From the IMG/VR virus record IMGVR_UViG_3300020045_008999, positions 192,001 to 256,000 of that record: a stretch of DNA of 64,000 nucleotides, one strand, 5' to 3'. This stretch comes from a virus (Duplodnaviria > Heunggongvirae > Uroviricota > Caudoviricetes). Within the stretch, counting starts at the first letter, position 1. The number at the start of each line of letters is the position of its first letter. The notes under the pieces were generated by a model, which saw only the letters and a program-made list of their open reading frames with translations, was not told where the DNA came from and made no database searches. This document shows positions 60,218-64,000 of this stretch, piece by piece. The translations under genes and the position numbers were made by a program.

Positions 60218-61192
60218 TCACTTAACACTGTCAATAATGCCAGGTATCTTGTTATCGATATTACTCGAATAAATTTTACTAATTAATGTATTCATCATAT
60301 CACGATACTGTGGCATAATATTTTTATTGACCCCATCCAAATTACTAAACATATTAACGGGGAACCATCCCACCTCAGATATTCCATCACCAGCGTCTGC
60401 ACGTCCAAAAGCCATTTCCGCTAAATATACAGATGACAATAATACGTCGGTCTCTTTTGCATATCTTGGTTCATTTAAACGTTGACTGAATAAATACATA
60501 CATGAATTAATTTCACAATTAATTCCCACTTTTTCAGAAAACACACGCTTAGCACCTTGTTCATAATTCTCATCAGTTGTAACAATGTTTCCAGATGGAA
60601 GTCCCCATTGTTTTTCATGTGGTTTTTTCACCAATAATATTTCACCGGCAGAATTATAGGTACATATGTTCACAACCGGATACACATTTGGATCCTTGGC
60701 ATAGATTTCGTGAATAATACCTGATCGAAAATCCGGACTGTTTATTATTTCGCGAGAAACCATATCTCTTTTTTCGGTACCATTATCAGTGAGGCTTGCT
60801 GCTAATTCAATTGTTTTATACTTACCACTATAGTAAGGTATAAATGAATCCCGGCTTCCATATAAAACCGCCGCTTTATCACCAAATGGGATTGGAATTG
60901 ACGAATCTAATACCTGACTCCACATTTCATTGGAATCTTGATCTACTAATGGCAATATAACCGCATTTGGATATTTCTCTTGACACATTGCTTGTCTATT
61001 TGCATAATCAAGCGGATTGCGTCTGGTGTTTTGTATAGTTGATACACCTAAAAAAATGATTATTTTTTTGTGTCTACTCATTATATAATCAACTAATTCC
61101 ATGTGACCATTAGATAATTCAGGAACCTGAAATCTTGCTATCAGTACCCCGATATGGATGTCACTTACGTCTGTTTCCTCTTTTACTGCCAT
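60218..61192 (-). CDS. bifunctional NMN adenylyltransferase-Nudix (NadM-Nudix-like)
   Basis: ARFQ...NGH, RNPL, LYGSRDSF, SPDFRSGII; C-terminal Nudix fold WGLPSG with degenerate box. Confidence 0.85.
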   Translation of the reverse strand: MAVKEETDVSDIHIGVLIARFQVPELSNGHMELVDYIMSRHKKIIIFLGVSTIQNTRRNPLDYANRQAMCQEKYPNAVILPLVDQDSNEMWSQVLDSSIPIPFGDKAAVLYGSRDSFIPYYSGKYKTIELAASLTDNGTEKRDMVSREIINSPDFRSGIIHEIYAKDPNVYPVVNICTYNSAGEILLVKKPHEKQWGLPSGNIVTTDENYEQGAKRVFSEKVGINCEINSCMYLFSQRLNEPRYAKETDVLLSSVYLAEMAFGRADAGDGISEVGWFPVNMFSNLDGVNKNIMPQYRDMMNTLISKIYSSNIDNKIPGIIDSVK

Positions 61193-61343
61193 TGTGTTTT
61201 TCTTTGTTTACGTTTCTTTAGTCCTAATAACTTCTCGCGATATTCAGTAATAATATGTTCAGGGATATGGTCTTTACTTAACCATTCGCGATATTCTTCA
61301 AATATCACAATCTCCGCTTTACTTTTGGGTTTCATAATGTATT

Positions 61344-62081
61344 TTATAGATTTTCAAATTTACGATAGATTATGGTATGTGATAATGTTGGTATTTTTCC
61401 GTTAGACTCCCATACATTACTGATCACTATTTCGTCATCAATTAAAGTAATTCCAATATATTTATTATCACCAACTTTAAAATGGGCTCTACTATCACCG
61501 ATGAATGTTGCGGAAATTCTACCATCATCACCCGGATGTTTTGGAATATCACGGATGAATGAAAAACTATCACCACATTCAGTAAAACATTTGAATAATT
61601 TGGATTTAAATTTATTGGATTTTACCATCACTTCATTTTTTCGCACACCATGTACATCAGAATGCTTGAAACCTATGGTGATATGAAGATCAGTGTGGGA
61701 TAATCCTAAAATTTCCTTTGTTTCATCTATTTGTTCCGACTTTACCACTACAAAATATGATGTATTTTCATTTTTACAAGCTTTGCCCAATCCAAGTAAT
61801 TTAATATCATCAAACGAAATTTCAAACAATTCATTTACAATTTCGATAAATTTTTCAGGCCCCATCTGCTTCATCATTTTACCAACTTGGATTGTATTGC
61901 AAAAAGTCATGTGATATGTGCCCATATCTCGGTTAGTCTGATTTAAAACATATTCGGCATATTCATTACCCAAAATGTCTTTAAGTTCATTAAGGTATTT
62001 ACTCAACACATACATTGGGAATTCAATTCCAATGTAATTTTGTCCAAATACGTCTTTAATGTAATTTAGTTTATATTCCAT
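61344..62081 (-). CDS. 2H phosphoesterase (RNA-repair type)
   Basis: Two HxT motifs: YHMTF and LHITIGF...DVHGV. Confidence 0.7.
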   Translation of the reverse strand: MEYKLNYIKDVFGQNYIGIEFPMYVLSKYLNELKDILGNEYAEYVLNQTNRDMGTYHMTFCNTIQVGKMMKQMGPEKFIEIVNELFEISFDDIKLLGLGKACKNENTSYFVVVKSEQIDETKEILGLSHTDLHITIGFKHSDVHGVRKNEVMVKSNKFKSKLFKCFTECGDSFSFIRDIPKHPGDDGRISATFIGDSRAHFKVGDNKYIGITLIDDEIVISNVWESNGKIPTLSHTIIYRKFENL

Positions 62082-62088
62082 TACTGTG

Positions 62089-63198
62089 TTAGATTTTTTT
62101 AAATTGAATACTTTCTAAACGACGTTGCTCATTACCCAATTCTTTACCAAGGAAGCCATTAATGATTAATGTTTCACATGAAACGCTTGGTCGGTATTTA
62201 ACAAATGCATCTAGATATGATGGGTAATTATCAAAAAGTGATAACCATTCACTTAACAACTCATCAGTGATATTTTTTGCGTTTCTAAATTTATAAATGT
62301 CTAACACATTATCCGGGTCAAAGTTAAAGATGTTATTCAAAAATATAATTTTATGAACCATAGAAGAATCCATTTTATGAACCTTTACCAAGTCATTTTC
62401 GATAGTGGTGTTGGTTTCAATATGTTGTAACAAAAACGCAAGATGAATTTCCAAAAATGTTGATTTTATTGGAAATTTATGTAGTTCGTATCCAGGGAAT
62501 ATGACTTCAAATATATTCAATTCCATCATTAATGACATGAATATACTAAAATCCCCACAATCATCAAATGCCGATTTAATTTCTTTTACGATTCGTTCTT
62601 TTACGATGATACTAAGCATATGTGAATTTTCACGAATAAGTGATTTAGTATCATCTGGTATTGTGAAATCATATCGTGCTGCAAATCGGATAATTCGCAT
62701 AATACGTAGCGGATCTTCGGTAATTCTCAATAATGATTCACCCACAAATTTACATATCCCCAATTCAATATCAGATTTGCCGCCGACATAATCAATGATT
62801 TCACCAAGTTCAATATCATAAAACATCGCATTTATTGTCAAGTCCCGGCGTGCACAATCATCTTCAATTGTTGTGAATTTTACTTTGGGATTTCTACTAA
62901 GACCAAGTTTCCCATCATATATGTCACTACGAAATGTCGCAATTTCAAATCCATCTGGGTAGTCCGGTGGAAAAACCACTACCACACCAAAATCCTTTCC
63001 GCGCTCATTACACTTATATCTGCCTTTAACAATCTTAATTATTTCATCGGGCAATGCATTTGTAGACAAGTCAAAATCTTTAGGAATGTGGCCGATCATG
63101 AAATCGCGCACCGCACCGCCAACCACATATAGTTTGCGATCATTGTCATTGAATAGTTTATTCAATGACAATATAGATGATGGTATAACTGTTTTCAT
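62089..63198 (-). CDS. cca: CCA-adding tRNA nucleotidyltransferase / poly(A) polymerase family
   Basis: VGGAVRD...KDFDL, EIATFR, RRDLTINAM, EDPLRIMRIIRFAAR, ERI. Confidence 0.88.
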   Translation of the reverse strand: MKTVIPSSILSLNKLFNDNDRKLYVVGGAVRDFMIGHIPKDFDLSTNALPDEIIKIVKGRYKCNERGKDFGVVVVFPPDYPDGFEIATFRSDIYDGKLGLSRNPKVKFTTIEDDCARRDLTINAMFYDIELGEIIDYVGGKSDIELGICKFVGESLLRITEDPLRIMRIIRFAARYDFTIPDDTKSLIRENSHMLSIIVKERIVKEIKSAFDDCGDFSIFMSLMMELNIFEVIFPGYELHKFPIKSTFLEIHLAFLLQHIETNTTIENDLVKVHKMDSSMVHKIIFLNNIFNFDPDNVLDIYKFRNAKNITDELLSEWLSLFDNYPSYLDAFVKYRPSVSCETLIINGFLGKELGNEQRRLESIQFKKI

Positions 63199-63205
63199 TT
63201 TTATA

Positions 63206-63472
63206 CTATTTAATTGTATCTTTGATTATTCTATTTGTGCTAAACTTTAGTTCTTCACCGACTTCAAATTTACCAATACTATCAACAAATACCATATACG
63301 TGACACCGTTCATATGATTATTAATGTCAACATAATAAGTTGATAGAAGTTTACTATTAGTTATAATTTTAGTCACTGTATATTTAGTCACTTTAGTGGG
63401 TTGCGACTCCGCACAACTATTAAAAAATATAAAGCAAATCGTTAATATAAATGCCCTGATAATATTTCGCAT
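63206..63472 (-). CDS. putative lipoprotein, paralog of 8523..8792
   Basis: FNSC lipobox; VDSIGKF; TAnnTTTG at 63493-63500. Confidence 0.65.
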   Translation of the reverse strand: MRNIIRAFILTICFIFFNSCAESQPTKVTKYTVTKIITNSKLLSTYYVDINNHMNGVTYMVFVDSIGKFEVGEELKFSTNRIIKDTIK

Positions 63473-63544
63473 GATATTTTATTTTATATCAACAAAAGTA
63501 TTTAAAATATATCATATAACCAAATTATTTTTAATATATAGTTT

Positions 63545-63769
63545 ATGAAATACTTAAGACTTTTCGAATCCGTATCGATCGAAGATATTATACGTTCGAT
63601 CGAATCAAATACGGCAATATATGTTACCGCGATAAAGACTCTGCCAGATCACAATCCAGAAGAGCCAGTTCGCGTAGTTTCGGTGGCTAATGACGGCACT
63701 ACTACCATTGAAGTAAATGGGGAATACTATGATGTTTCACTACGAAACGTAACTAAAATAGAAAGATAA
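63545..63769 (+). CDS. small late protein with KxF-x-E-type tag
   Basis: MKYLRLFES; TAATATATA at 63532-63540. Confidence 0.6.
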   Translation: MKYLRLFESVSIEDIIRSIESNTAIYVTAIKTLPDHNPEEPVRVVSVANDGTTTIEVNGEYYDVSLRNVTKIER

Positions 63770-63773
63770 TCTA

Positions 63774-63989
63774 TTAATTATTACGAGTTTCATGACTACA
63801 CATGACTATTCTAGCGTTACTCGGCAGCGTTTCGCTAATTTTTCTTATTTTATGATAATAAACTGATTCAATTTTATTTTCAGCACTTTTACTATCAACT
63901 CTAGTATAAATATAAGCAGATGCATAATAATCAGATGGTTCGTATACTTTTACTATTTCATGCCATACATCACCAAACTCACCCTTCAT
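63774..63989 (-). CDS. hypothetical protein
   Basis: ORF track. Confidence 0.45.
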   Translation of the reverse strand: MKGEFGDVWHEIVKVYEPSDYYASAYIYTRVDSKSAENKIESVYYHKIRKISETLPSNARIVMCSHETRNN

Positions 63990-64000
63990 ATTTACCCACA

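Overview
AT-rich (about 30% GC by eye), densely coding 64-kb segment of a large (jumbo, T4-superfamily-like) phage genome in the standard genetic code. About 20 intergenic TAnnTTTG boxes point to a Bacteroidota (Flavobacterium-like) host. No structural, terminase or polymerase genes are present. The left ~43 kb is an accessory region of small genes. It includes a 13-member dispersed family of short LRR-like proteins, a PARG-type macrodomain, ATP-grasp, Fic/Doc, Nudix, DNA methyltransferase, nucleases, a TPR-glycosyltransferase and Tpt1/KptA. 43.9-48.5 kb is a tandem array of 11 acidic paralogs. 49-53 kb carries a 5'-3' exonuclease, a possible clamp-loader subunit and NusG. 54-63 kb is a minus-strand locus combining tRNA repair (Rnl1 ligase, 2H phosphoesterase, CCA enzyme) with NAD+ salvage (NadM-Nudix, NAMPT-like, Prs-like), split by a homing endonuclease. 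Most notable: (1) two apparent protein address tags, an N-terminal KxF-x-E tag on genes behind a TAATATATA late-type promoter and a C-terminal R-x3-I-x2-IL tag on about 20 proteins of several unrelated types; (2) the 11-gene acidic array; (3) integron attC-like gene cassettes; (4) a 121-nt tRNA-like RNA with an oversized core; (5) the combined NAD/tRNA counter-defence locus. All functional calls come from motif recognition only; no searches were run.
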